A DNA stretch of 64,000 bases from Tubulanus polymorphus (taxonomy: Eukaryota; Animalia; Nemertea): positions 10,313,947 through 10,377,946 of the forward strand of contig NC_134030.1 in assembly GCF_964204645.1 (NCBI RefSeq), read 5' to 3'. The notes beneath the pieces were generated by a model. It searched no databases. It saw only the letters and a program-made list of their open reading frames with translations, and was not told the origin of the DNA. Positions within the stretch are counted from its first letter, which is position 1, and each line of letters begins with the position of its first letter. The position numbers and the translations under genes are program-made. Below are positions 63,605-64,000 of this stretch, one piece after another.

Positions 63605-64000
63605 TGTGCCATCGTGTGAAAACGTGCCTCAGACGCGTGGCCTAGTTTAAGTTTCCAGGAAATTGGCTGACTTCCAAACTACTGCCAATCATTCTAGCGA
63701 CTGCTGTTGTAAAGCTGGTAGTGTATATTCCATGGATTGTTTCGTTTAGAACACATCGTGATGCTCTGGATCTTTTTATCTAGACTATTAGACAAATTTT
63801 ATATATACAAGGTGAAAAACTTTGTTGCGTGAACTCACAGAGAGACTCCCACAGACAATTAGTTTGAGTAGCCTAATAGCAGTAATGTGTTCTTAAGCTG
63901 GCTGCTTACCAATTATCAACAGTTACTTGCCAATCACTAACACTATCAATTTAAATCAATTAATTTGATATTTCTAAGATAAAAAATATGCAATTTCATG

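Noticed and set aside
63909-63960. Possible CFAP410 exon 1 ending TG|gtaagc
   Set aside because: The phase fits, but the peptide (SDWQVTVDNW) lacks the expected ..KLNCW and no start codon was found.

Overview
AT-rich eukaryotic (invertebrate metazoan, probably lophotrochozoan; species not identifiable) genomic DNA with spliced genes. It contains the 3' part of a Cbl E3 ligase gene (+, 7 exons, RING to UBA), a complete 23-exon SEL1L3-like gene (-), a complete 8-exon HUS1 gene (+) head-to-head with it, a tRNA-Arg(CCG) almost exactly midway between their start codons, and a CFAP410/C21orf2 gene (-) whose first exon was not found. Two paralogous intronless rhodopsin-class GPCR genes are present, one nested in a SEL1L3 intron. 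Mobile DNA includes a near full-length DIRS-type tyrosine-recombinase retrotransposon, two inverted copies of a Helentron-associated (HINE-like) element with 154-bp internal repeats, a degraded LINE and many MITE families. The most interesting hypotheses: (i) the DIRS element may express pol by a -1 frameshift at an in-phase U_UUA_AAC site, and its recombinase by a splice that joins the same shifted frame in phase to the YR ORF; (ii) every 154-bp HINE repeat carries a near-consensus CTCF motif, and the two arrays are convergent; (iii) the duplicated GPCR cassettes show strongly asymmetric CpG usage at synonymous sites. Exon models were built by hand from GT-AG sites, phase continuity and recalled homology. 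No database search was run.
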